From Scyliorhinus canicula (taxonomy: Eukaryota): a stretch of 64,000 nucleotides of DNA. The translations under genes and the position numbers were made by a program. Positions within the stretch are counted from its first letter, which is position 1; every line of letters begins with the position of its first letter. Positions 25,553 through 35,790 of this stretch are shown piece after piece. Location: NCBI RefSeq assembly GCF_902713615.1, contig NC_052161.1:136509792-136573791 (forward strand), read 5' to 3'. A model generated the notes under the pieces. That model saw only the letters and a program-made list of their open reading frames with translations. It searched no databases and was not told where the DNA came from.

Positions 25553-26753
25553 CCAGTAGAGTTGGAGTCTATTGCTGTTGCCACAATAGTGACTTTATTT
25601 TCGTATTGTAAATAAACTACGTTAGCCTTCCTGCACGTGTCTCTTGGATTATCACTGGAAGTTTGATCAGTACTGGGAAAAGGGAACTTCTGACTGTGTG
25701 AAACAAGAGGATAGAGGTTAAAGGGAAAATAAAACACTGATGTGAGGGGGTCGCTGGTTAGATCTCCCAGAAGGCAGCAAGATAACTGGTCAGATCTCCC
25801 AGAAGAGGGTGGACAAGGCCTGAGAAACATTACAATGATCGAAATTTTGTGACCATGCTGGAGGCCTGATGGGTGTCAATGAAATTGGGCAGGACGTAGC
25901 AGCAATTTTGGCTGGAACTGCAGTGTTAAGGCACGGCTGATGGCTAATTCTGTGCTGCCCACATCCCAAAGGGAAACCTGAAACAGCTGCCAAAACAGTT
26001 TTTGCAATTTGTATGTTATGAGGGTGTTTTATGCAATCAGAAAATGACGTCTCCAACCAATTGTGATGATTATCATTAAAGTTTATGAAAAATAAAGAAA
26101 ATGTTTAAAAATTACTCTTTAACAGAAGAGTGGCTTCATATAGTTAACAATACGTTAAAACAGTTCCAAAAGATATTAACTTCAACTGCACTTGGTTAAC
26201 TTTCCCTTTTCTGCTTGGTAACAGTCCTTGTAGATTTTTAAATCTACAGAATGCAATAATTTCCCCAAGTATTGCCTTTTTGCTGTTGGGGTGTGCTCAG
26301 AGGCTGAGAGCGACTGGTTTTCCAGGTCACATGGCCCAAATCCTCCCCTAAACTGCATGTGACCCTGGGGTGACATCGCCCCAGAATATATTTGTGGCTC
26401 CCAGAGGTGGTGGTCGGCCTTTGCCAAGTCTCTTCCATCGCCATAGACTTGGTTGAAGCTTCCTCTGCATGGGGTGCGACCAGTCCCCCTAAAAATGGTA
26501 ACCAGGATCCCGTTTACATAGGGCCCCCATTTCCATATTAAGAGGGTTCTTTTCAGAAAATGCTGTTATTTACTGTCAAACAGACACCCCACACCTCCAA
26601 ACATGTCTGGAAAACACAAGCACACCTATCCACAATGGAATTCCAGGTGTTGGTTCTGGAATTCTTCTCTCTAGCTCCGACCTCCTTCAGGGATGGAATT
26701 TTACAGCCCTGTTGTGTGTGTGTGGTGGTTGGGGGAGGGGGGGCGCAGCCGTA

Positions 26754-26788
<35 letters not shown>

Positions 26789-27038
26789 ACCCCAATAGTA
26801 AACCAAAAGGAGGGTTCGGATTGGCAACAATCTCTAAAGAGCCTCTCCGGCATCAGGGTAGAGATGTCGTCAAGAGGAAGGCAGGGTTGGGTCAGGGTGC
26901 ACTGACCCCCAGTCCCATCACCACATCCCCAAAACCGCCCCCATGCCCTCTCCCCCCACGAATAATCACATTCCATACATGGGACAAGTCCCAAAGGGAG
27001 AGCAATTGGAATACGCCCAGTGAGAAGAAAGCGTGTCC

Positions 27039-27044
27039 TTTATT
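27039..27044 (-). terminator. Polyadenylation signal AATAAA downstream of miR-34a
   Basis: tttatt on the plus strand, about 300 nt 3' of the hairpin. Confidence 0.4.
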
Positions 27045-27337
27045 GCGAAGCACATTTTTCCACAGGTTAACATCCATTAGAAAAAATAAGAACCAGTAAT
27101 GTTTGGGTTACTAGCGGAAACCAAACCTCGAAAATGTGCATTGGCCCAACATTTACCACATCAAATCTTTTATGTTTCTTGTTCCTGTATTGAAATATTT
27201 ACTCTCAAGGAGTACCTTTCCCTCCCACTCAGCCGCCTGTTATTATAGCGAAGAATTAAAAAAAATAAGTAGGTTATTCGAGAACATCAAAGGTGCAACG
27301 TCACAAAGTGGGGAGTAGCCAAGGGAGAGTTTGCGTT

Positions 27338-27446
27338 GGGCCGGATACAGTGAAGTGTTTCTGTGGCAGTATACTTGCTGATTGCTTTTTCGCAATGCAC
27401 ACAACAACCAGCTAAGACACTGCCAAAGAAACGCCCACATTTGGCC
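27338..27446 (-). ncRNA. MIR34A: microRNA precursor miR-34a (5p arm 27425-27404; 3p arm about 27384-27362)
   Basis: The reverse complement of 27404-27425 is TGGCAGTGTCTTAGCTGGTTGT, identical to vertebrate miR-34a-5p. The opposite arm reads CAATCAGCAAGTATACTGCCAC (miR-34a-3p type). Flanks GGCCA...GTTTCTT and AGAA...GGCCC match the mammalian precursor. Basal UG at -14/-13 and apical UGUG are present. Confidence 0.98.
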
Positions 27447-28899
27447 AGTGAAAAGGCTTCCCTTATCCTTGTACCTCTCTCCCCACTCGCTCGTCATGAG
27501 TTGAGGCGACGATTGCAGCTGCTGCCCAAAATAGTTTGTGAGTTCGAGCCAGTTCCGGACTCTCGTTAACCCGCCCTGCGGAGAATCCAAATTGCAACAG
27601 CTGGCCAAAGAAGGCACGATCAAACGCCGGCCCAGCCAATCGGAGAGAGATACCCACCCTGCAAATAAGCTTGTTTAAAACCTTCACTCTTCACCAAACT
27701 CTTTATTTTTCCAGGACTCAAGCAGGTTTTCACGGGACCGTTTTGCCAAACGGGATGTCGCAAATTGGTGCGTTCAGTCCGAACATCGGGAATCAGCATC
27801 TAAAGAAATCAGACATTTCATTAATGACAGGTTGCTCCCTTGTTTCGCAAACAGTTTTACTTCACCAGTCCCCATCCCTGCTCTTGGTACCAGCAAGCTG
27901 GGAGATTTACTAAAGCCCCGGATCCTTCCCTGGTGGAAGCCAAACTCCTGTGACAGAGCGGAGCAGGCAACATGGAAGCCAAGTATTTTTAACTAACGTT
28001 CGCCTGGCTTCCTTGGGACGCGTCTCTCTGGCGGGTTACAGATCTACAGGTGCGGAGGCCCCTCAGCTGTGAGCTTGTGATGCAACCCCTGTTAGTGAGT
28101 ATGGGCAGGCTATTCAACCATTCCGGCATCACAGGCAAGACTAATTGTGTCCACGAGCAAGAGTTCACACAAGTACGCAGTTCCAGCAGCGAGACGACAT
28201 TGACTCAAACCCCCCCCCCCCCCCTTGCCCAAGATAGACAAATCTCAGCAACGCAACTTCCACCCACTCAAACCTGCCAAATTTAGACAGGCTCCTATGT
28301 GAAATGAAAATCGCTTATTGTCACGAGTAGGCTTCAATTAAGTTACTGTGAAAAGCCCCTAGTCGCCACATTCCGGCGCCTGTTCGGGAAGGCTGTTACG
28401 GGAATCGAACCGTGCTGCTGGCCTGCCTTGGTCTGCTTTCAAAGCCAGCGATTTAGCCCAGTGTGCTAAACAGCCCCTGTATGTCAAATTAGACCAAAAA
28501 AAAAGTGGGATGTAGGTGTCGCTGTCTAGGCCAGCGTTTGTTACCCACCCCTAATTGCCCCTGAGAAAGTGGTGGTGAACCATCTTTGTGAATCGTTGCA
28601 GTTCATGTGGTGTAGGTACACCCACGGTGCTGTTAGGGAGTTCTAGGATTTTGACCCAGCAACAGTGAAGGAACGGCGATATAGTTCTAAGTCAATAACA
28701 ACTTACATTCATGTCGCACCTTTAACGTAATAAAACATCCTAAAGCGCTTCACAGGAACATTATAAAATAAAATATGGGACATCAAACGGCAACAGAAGA
28801 TATCAGGTCAGCTGACCAAAGGCCTGGACAAAAAGGTAGGTTATAAGAAGTGTGTGAAAGGAGGCAAGTGTGGTAGAGTTGAAGGATGGAATGAAAGAA

Positions 28900-29210
28900 T
28901 TTATAGCGTTTAAGGAGGCCATTCGGCCCATCGGGTCTGCACCGGCCCTTGGAAAGAGCACACTACTTAAGCCCATGCCTCCACCCGATGCCGTAGCCTA
29001 GTAACCCTACCTAATGCTTTTGGACACTATGGGGCAACTTATCATGGCCAATCCACCTAACCTGCACATCTTTGGAATGTGAGAGGAAACTGGAGCAGCC
29101 GGAGGAAACCCACACAGAAAAGGGGAGAAAGTGCAAACTCCGCAGAGACAGTCACCCAAGGCCGGAATTGAACCCGGGACCCTGGAGCTGTGAGGCAGCA
29201 GTGCCACCGT
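28900..29210 (-). mobile_element. V-SINE with CR1 tail
   Basis: V-domain and tail. Confidence 0.85.
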
Positions 29211-29262
29211 TGTAGGTCAGGAACTCCAGAGCTGAAGGCCTAGGCAGCAGAAGCATGGTTAC

Positions 29263-30237
29263 GGTTATAACCCGCACGGGACCTATGGGGTAGAAGCAAT
29301 TAGCCTCCATGTGAGCCTTGTTCAGTATGGGCTGCCCCATTGAGGGTCGGGGAGCCCATGGACTCTCTAATAACCTGTAAGACAAGTTTCGACCAGTTTT
29401 GGAACCGACACCCCAGAGACCTAAAATCTGGAGAGTATTGTACAAACCATAACTTTGTAATAAAACCAGTTTCTATTAGCCACCCGTCTCGGACTCATCT
29501 GTTGTCCCTAAACTGGCAACGAGGATATAAGTGGAGCTACTGACCATCAGACGGACAACCACGTCCTCTGCACTACAAGATTAAGGCTGGAATTTATTTT
29601 TGCAATTCAGAATTTTGTTATTCAGAGGTTTGATGCGGCTATTGAGGATTGAACTCAGTACGCTGAACATCTGTGCTACTTTTTTTGGCCGAATGGTATG
29701 ACCGGTGAAGACCGACAGACGGTAGTCCCTTCACCCGCCTGTGGGGCCCAGATTTCTGGGGAGATAAAAAGCCTGATGCATCCCGCAGCCCCAGAAATCG
29801 AAGACTTTCAAAGAACTGGTGACCCTGGTTGCACAGCATTATAAAGGCACGGTGGCGCAGTGGGTTAGCACTGCTGCCTCATGGCGCCGAGGTCCCAGGT
29901 TCGATCCCGGCTCTGGGTCACTGTCCGTGGGGAGTTTGCACATTCTCCCCGTGTTTGCGTGGGTTTCGCCCCCACAACCCAAAAGATGTGCAGGCTAAAT
30001 GGATTGGCCACGCTAAATTGCCCCTTTATTGGAAAAAATTAATTGGGTACTCTAAATTAAAAATAATTAAAATAACGGCAGGCCATCAGACATTGTGCAG
30101 AGATCACCTGTAACATATAAAGGTCGGCCACTTTTGGAACTGACATCTCAGTTCTGGAGAGTATTGTACACACTATGACTTCGCAATTAAACTAGTTTCT
30201 CTTATCCACTCATCTCAGACACGCCTGTTGTCAGTAA
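29263..30237 (+). mobile_element. Internally deleted Gypsy provirus: 5' LTR, tRNA-Ser PBS, gag fragment, partial 3' LTR
   Basis: 5-bp TSD gttac (29258-29262 / 30238-30242). PBS tggcaacgaggat at about 29514-29526 (complement of the tRNA-Ser(GCT) 3' end, with CpG decay). Gag relic QYAEHLCYFF..KTFKELVTLVAQHY..PSDIVQR. 30107-30237 is similar to 29372-29511. Confidence 0.85.
29845..30072 (+). mobile_element. V-SINE, A-tail variant, inserted in Gypsy gag
   Basis: Gag reading resumes after the element. Confidence 0.88.
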
Positions 30238-30274
30238 GTTACCAATGGCGGATCAATTAAAATCAGGGAAATCA

Positions 30275-30606
30275 GCAGGTGTGTGTGACTTGGAGCGGGC
30301 TTTACAGGTGCCTGTGTTTCCAGACATCTGCTGCCCTTGTTTTTCCAGGTGGCAGAGGTCATGGGTTTGGAAGGCGCTGTTGAAGGAGCCTGGATGAGTT
30401 GCTGCAGGGCATCTTGTAGGTGGTGCACACGGCTGCCACGGTGTGCTGGTGGTGGAGGGAGTGAGTGCTGAAGGCGGTGAATGGGGTGTTAATCAAGCTA
30501 TGATGCTGAGCCTCTTGCGGAGCTGGACTCACCCAGGAAAGTGGAAAATATTCCATCACACTCCTGGCCTGTGCCTTGTAAATGGTGGCCAGGATTTTGG
30601 GAGTCA
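30275..30606 (-). mobile_element. Non-LTR (CR1/L2-group) ORF2 C-terminal fragment
   Basis: TIYKAQARSVMEYFPLSW..SLHHQHTVAAVCTTYKM. A related tail lies at about 28505-28695 (minus). Confidence 0.7.
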
Positions 30607-31182
30607 TTTCTAATGCTCCTACTCAAATGGCTGGCAGACACCGGGGAGTCAGCCATTTTTCTAGCGTTGAGCCATCTCTGAATGAAATCTCAATCTAGTA
30701 GGGCCGTGGCGAGTTAGACACCCTCCAGGTGGATTCAGAACAACGTTGGTGGAGAAGGCTGCCTGGGCCTGCACACACTCGGCTGAACAGCCCTTCACAA
30801 CAATGGCCAGAATATGCTCACTTCTGATTGTGTGTATGGGCGCTTGTTGCAAAGTTTGGAGTGTGTGACGCAAAGATATGGAAAGCATTGGGCGTGGCTG
30901 CTGTGAGTTTCCGGGTAGAAATGTCAGACATCAAACTATTCACTGGGCGCCCCTCTGGGAAATTGGCCATTTGTTCCCTTGCATTAGTTTCAAATCCCCT
31001 GTACTCCCAGGAGGTGATTATTCATTTTGCCTAAATCTTCCGTATTGCTATTTTGGAGAGAGGGGCGGGGGGAAGGAGGAGGGATGTCCCAATATCAACG
31101 AGCTTTTGACAAAGCAGCTTTCTTGGAAATGGGATGTCGCAATGTTACGCATTCCCCCAATTTTACCAGTGGGTGGCTAATT

Positions 31183-31407
31183 TCTTTTTATAAATTTAGA
31201 GTACCCAATTATTTTTTTCCAATTAAGGGGCAATTTGGCATGGCCAATCCACCTACCCTGCACATCTTTGGGTTGTGGGGGTGAGACCCACACAGACACG
31301 GGGAGAATGTGCAAACTGCACACGGACAGTGACCCAGAGCCGGGATCGAACCCGGGACCTCGGCGCCATGAGGTAGCACTGCTAACCACTGCGTCACCGT
31401 GCCCCCC
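31183..31407 (-). mobile_element. V-SINE, A-tail variant
   Basis: TSD approximately cagtgggtgg(ct/ta)aatt. Confidence 0.88.
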
Positions 31408-31912
31408 CAGTGGGTGGTAAATTGTGCATTTTTCAATCGCACATTTACAGAAGGATTTTGTGCCCAACGACAGGTCTATTTCCCCCTCGTCTCCTGAAGC
31501 CTTGCGCTGATATTGGCCACGAGGGTTCCATTTTATCCCCAATTAAAACGATTCCAACCCGCTCTTTCGGCCCATTTTTAAAATTAAACCCTGAATGAAG
31601 AGAGAAGTTGAATTGATAAAGTGCATTTCGTGGCTTCAGGATTTTCCATAACCTATGCAGCCAAACAACTACAATTGAAGTGAAAAGGGTGCCCTGACTA
31701 TAAATTGGTAAATCCACACAGTAGCTCTGCTGAAATCGGCACTTTACCCCAAAGGCAAATAAAACTGGAATAAAAAGAAAGAGGAAAACACACAGAAGAG
31801 TATTGTGTACCAGTAAATAAATAGTAAACACTTCCGCATTGGGGAACGGATAAAGGTTTCATGGCAAACTTTGAAAAGACTGTAACGTAAAGAGGAAGAG
31901 AGAGGTTTCTAC

Positions 31913-32080
31913 CTGTCTGCTTGAACAAGCTTCCTGACGCCTGTAAAGTCAATGCCGGTGACAAAGATATCTTCTGGGTCCCAAAGGGACTGCTCGTTCC
32001 CTCCTGGTTTGAATTCTGCTGCATTGTGGCATCTTCCTGAGCTACCTGCATTGAGGAGCTCACTGCTCAGCAAGCAAAGT
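31913..32080 (-). ncRNA. Candidate first exon of the pri-miR-34a host transcript
   Basis: Runs from the putative TSS to the donor CAG|GTAGAA (GT at 31912-31911). Contains an ATG at 32051, a Kozak-like GCCACAATG, and one p53 half-site GAACAAGCTT (31923-31932). Confidence 0.4.
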
Positions 32081-32160
32081 GTGCATCCAGCTGACTGTAC
32101 TTTATATACCAGTGACAGGTCAGCCTTGGCAACAACCACACCTAACTGTGAGTCACTGCA
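32078..32160 (-). promoter_or_regulatory. Candidate Pol II core promoter for pri-miR-34a
   Basis: TATATAAAG at 32108-32100 (minus) and an Inr-like CACTTT with A at 32080 (28 nt downstream). Also AP-1 TGAGTCA 32149-32155, nuclear-receptor half-site AGGTCA 32117-32122 next to an SF-1/LRH-1-like CCAAGGCTG, and E-box CAGCTG 32088-32093, all in non-repetitive DNA. Confidence 0.5.
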
Positions 32161-32247
32161 CCCTTGCATTTCAGTTCTAGACTTTTATTCCCCACTTCCT
32201 TGTCGCCCTTTTAAAGATAGACTCACATTGGGTTCAAAGTTCAACAT

Positions 32248-32708
32248 TGTGGGAGTCTGCATGTTCTCCCCGTGTCCGCGTGGGTTTCCTCCGGGTGCTC
32301 CGGTTTCCTCCCACAAGTCCCGAAAGAAGTGCTTGTTAGGTGAATTGGACATTCTGAATTCTCCCTCTGTGTACCCGAACAGGCGCCGGAATGTGGCGAC
32401 TCGGGGATTTTCACTGTAACCTCATTGCAGTGTTAATGCAAGCCTACTTGTGACAATAAAGATTATTATTCTCGATATCACAGGCTTTCAGGGCGGCACG
32501 TGACGCACAGGGACTACGGCGCAGGGGACCCGGGTTCGAATCCCGGCCCCGGGTCACTGTCCTTGTGGAGTTTGCACATTCTCCCCGTGTCTGCGTGGGT
32601 TTCACCCCCGCAACCCAAAAATGTGCAGGTTAGGTGGATTGGTCACGCTAAATTGCCCCTTAATTGGAAAAGAATGATAATTGGCTACTCTAAATTTATT
32701 TTTAAAAA
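32248..32708 (+). mobile_element. Two tandem V-SINEs (32248-32470 with tta tail; 32490-32708 with A tail)
   Basis: The second copy has a 13-bp TSD atatcacaggctt (32475-32487 / 32709-32721). Confidence 0.88.
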
Positions 32709-33589
32709 ATATCACAGGCTTGCAGAGAATTTTTTTAAATTACTGATGTACTCGTGTGCTGCACACAGAAATTCCAATGCAGTCTCAGTTCTGCTAACTG
32801 AATTGTGTTTTGTCTATGTGTTTCCAATTAACCTGGCATTCAGCTAACACTGACACTTCCCTTAATTCACAGGTGTGCCGTGACAGGTACAAATATTATA
32901 AGCATTCAAACTGGTTGGGCAACTGGCCTATCACACAAAACACAGCAGCAGTGCCGATGATTCCTGCACAGGACACAATCTTGCTTCATTCATTAAAAAT
33001 CCTGACCATTTTCACAGCCAACTTGGGAAACGCTTTGGAATTCAGTTCAACAAGCTCGCTGCAAACACTCCGGGGCAATGTTACGCCTCAGCTGCTTCAA
33101 AGTCTGTGCAGCTGAATGTGTGTTTAACCCTTTCCCCACACATAAACCCAAAAGAAAGGAGGGGGGAAAACCTGGAAATGGAGGAAACCTGGAAGGATAT
33201 CCAAAAAGGCAGGAAGCACTCAGGAGATTAGGCAGTGGGCAGCAGGCAGAAACCTGACAGGTCAACAGCTTGAACCGTCTCCTGTTTCAGAATGGAAAAT
33301 GGCAGACGAATACTCACATTGATAGAATTAAAACCAGCAAAGAACGGCACAAGTAGACAGCCGGCATTGCTTTGCAAACGGGGAATGGAATGGGTGATTA
33401 AGTTGTAATTTTCTTGGAACAAAGCAGGAGTGAGGAAGCGATCTCAAGGAGATTGCCACTACGGGCGCCATTTCTGCTTTCTTTCCCAGCATAACGAGGA
33501 AGCGGTTTCCGTCACCAGAACAAAAAACAACCGACTCATACCCGTGAAGAGACGCTGACAGCCCCACCTGATCCTGTCCTCCACAAACA

Positions 33590-34062
33590 TGAAAATGAAA
33601 TGAAAATCGCTTATTGTCACAAGTACATAGAACAGTACAGCACAGAACAGGCCCTTCGGCCCTCGATGTTGTGCCAAGCAATGATCACCCTACTCAAACC
33701 CACGTATCCACCCTATACCCGTAACCCAACAACCCCCCCCTCTTACTTTTTAGGTCACTACGGGCAATTTAGCATGGCCAATCCACCTAACCCGCACATC
33801 TTTGGACTGTGGGAGGAAACCAGAGCACCCGGAGGAAACCCACGCACACACGGGGAGGACGTGCAGACTCCACACAGACAGTGACCCAGCCGGGAATCGA
33901 ACCTGGGACTCTGGAGCTGTGAAGCAGCTTCAATGAAGTTACTGTGAAAAGCCCCTAGTCGCCACATTCCGGCGCCTGTTTGGGGAGGCCGGTACGGGAA
34001 TTGAACCGTGCTGCTGGCCTGCTTAAAAGCCAGCAATTTAGCCCAGTGTGCTAAACCAGCCC
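33590..34062 (-). mobile_element. V-SINE nested in a short tRNA SINE
   Basis: The V-SINE at about 33625-33925 interrupts a gggctggtttagcac-type SINE. Confidence 0.8.
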
Positions 34063-34099
34063 CATACAACTTTGGAGCCCTTTAACGTAGCAAAATGGC

Positions 34100-34137
<38 letters not shown>

Positions 34138-35090
34138 AATCAGACACTGAGCCAAAGCAGAGATTAAGAGGGGCGCTCAAATGCTTGGTTTTAAGAAGTG
34201 TCATAAAGAAAGAGTTGGGTGAGGCGAGGCGGAAGGGTTAAAGGAGAGATTTTCAGAGCAAAAACCATGAAAGAATGGAAGGCGAGCTGAGGCTGGGCCA
34301 TAGGGGAGACTGTTTGAAAAGTGTTAATGTTGGAATGATGTTTTAATTTAGGGCCCAATCAACTAAATAGAAGAACAGAAATTAATTGAGGGAGAAATTA
34401 AAAGGGCCGCTCCTGAAAGACAATGGAGGGCAGTCCAAAAAGAACGAAGAGGAATGGAAACTTAGAAACATTAAATCAAAATGTAAAAACTGGGATGGAA
34501 AAAGCGTTCCAAACCCACTGAGCATGGAACGCTATTGGAATGATACTGTCATAGAGTGCGTGCTTTAAGTTGGTAATTGACAGCAGTTGTCCCCAATTGG
34601 AGGAAGATTAGGTCATTGTTAGGGTATATAAACCAGTTCATACTGGCTGTCTGGTGGGGAAGGAGAGGAAATTGTGCTATTATGGTGCAGGCTTGGAAAG
34701 AAACCTGGCTCAAGGAAAGGTCTGACTTCAAATTCATCCTTTCCTCAATGTAAGATTAAGGAAATGTACAAGGATGGAGGGCTGGAGGTTTGCTGGGGTT
34801 ACAGAGTTGCAAAGGAGTGGGCCATGAAGGTATTGAAATAGGAGGAGTATTTCAAATCTGAAGCATTGTGGGAAATGGGAGGCATGGTAAAAAGTAAAGA
34901 CTTGTGTTTCTATAGTACCTATCCCATCCACAGGATGTCCAAGAATATTTTCCAGGCATTGATGTACTTCTGGAATGGAGTCACTGCTGCAGTGTAGGGG
35001 CAGCCTATAGTCCCTGAACTGAGGCTGATATGTTCAAATGGCCCAGAGATGGTTTAATTGACTGATCTCAACTGGGGAATGGTTTACAAT

Positions 35091-35790
35091 GGGGCAGCAT
35101 GGTAGCACATTGGTTAGCACAGTTGCTTCACAGCTCCAGTCCCAGGTTCTATTTCTGATTTGGGTCACTGTCTGTGTGGGGTCTGCACGTTCTCCCTGGG
35201 TGTGATTCTCCGCAAATGCGGCGAATCGTAAAGACTGCCGTGAAACTGGCTGTGGTTCACGGCAGCCTCCGCGCCCCCTCCTGGGACCCGATTTCCCCCC
35301 CCCCCCCCGGGCAGGGCTAGCAGCGGGGCCCCGTGAAGCATGGCATTGTGGCCTTAGCGACTGTTGCTAAGTCCGCGTGCCAAGCGTCACGCCGGCTGAT
35401 GTGCATGATGACGTCAGCCGCGCATGTGCGGGTTGGACAGCTCCAATGTGTTGGGGGGGGGGGGGGGGGGAAGAGAGAAAGTGGGAGGGTGTGAAAAATG
35501 TTGGGGACGCCCTCCTGCTATTCTCTGACCCGTCGTGGGCAGTGGAGAATCTCGCCCCCTGTGTCTGCGTGGGTTTTCTCCGGGTGCTCTGGTTTCCTCC
35601 CACAGTCCAAAGATGTGCAGGTTAGGTGCATTGGCCATGCTAAATTGCCCCTCAGTGTCCAAAAAAATTAGGTGAGGTTACTGGGTTACAGGGATGGGTT
35701 GGAAGTGTGGGCTTAAGTGATGTGCTCTTTCCAAGGGCTGGTGCAGACTTGATGGGCTGAATGGCCTCCTTCTGCACTGTAAATTCTATG
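35091..35790 (+). mobile_element. V-SINE interrupted by a MITE
   Basis: The halves flank 35198-35557. Confidence 0.85.
35198..35557. mobile_element. GC-rich MITE (PIF/Harbinger-like)
   Basis: TIR gggtgtgattctcc / ggagaatctcgccc and a 3-bp TSD cct. Confidence 0.82.

Larger units (their letters stand above)
27020..27658 (-). ncRNA. Probable terminal exon of the pri-miR-34a host transcript
   Basis: Minus-strand acceptor cttatttgcAG|GGTGGG (AG at 27660-27659) and AATAAA at 27044-27039 flank the hairpin. In mammals miR-34a is known to be exonic in its host transcript. The 3' end is approximate. Confidence 0.55.

Noticed and set aside
33318-33367. Signal-peptide-like MPAVYLCRSLLVLILS exon
   Set aside because: It has a phase-2 donor and needs a weak acceptor next to the TATA-linked exon. 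There is no recognisable downstream domain.
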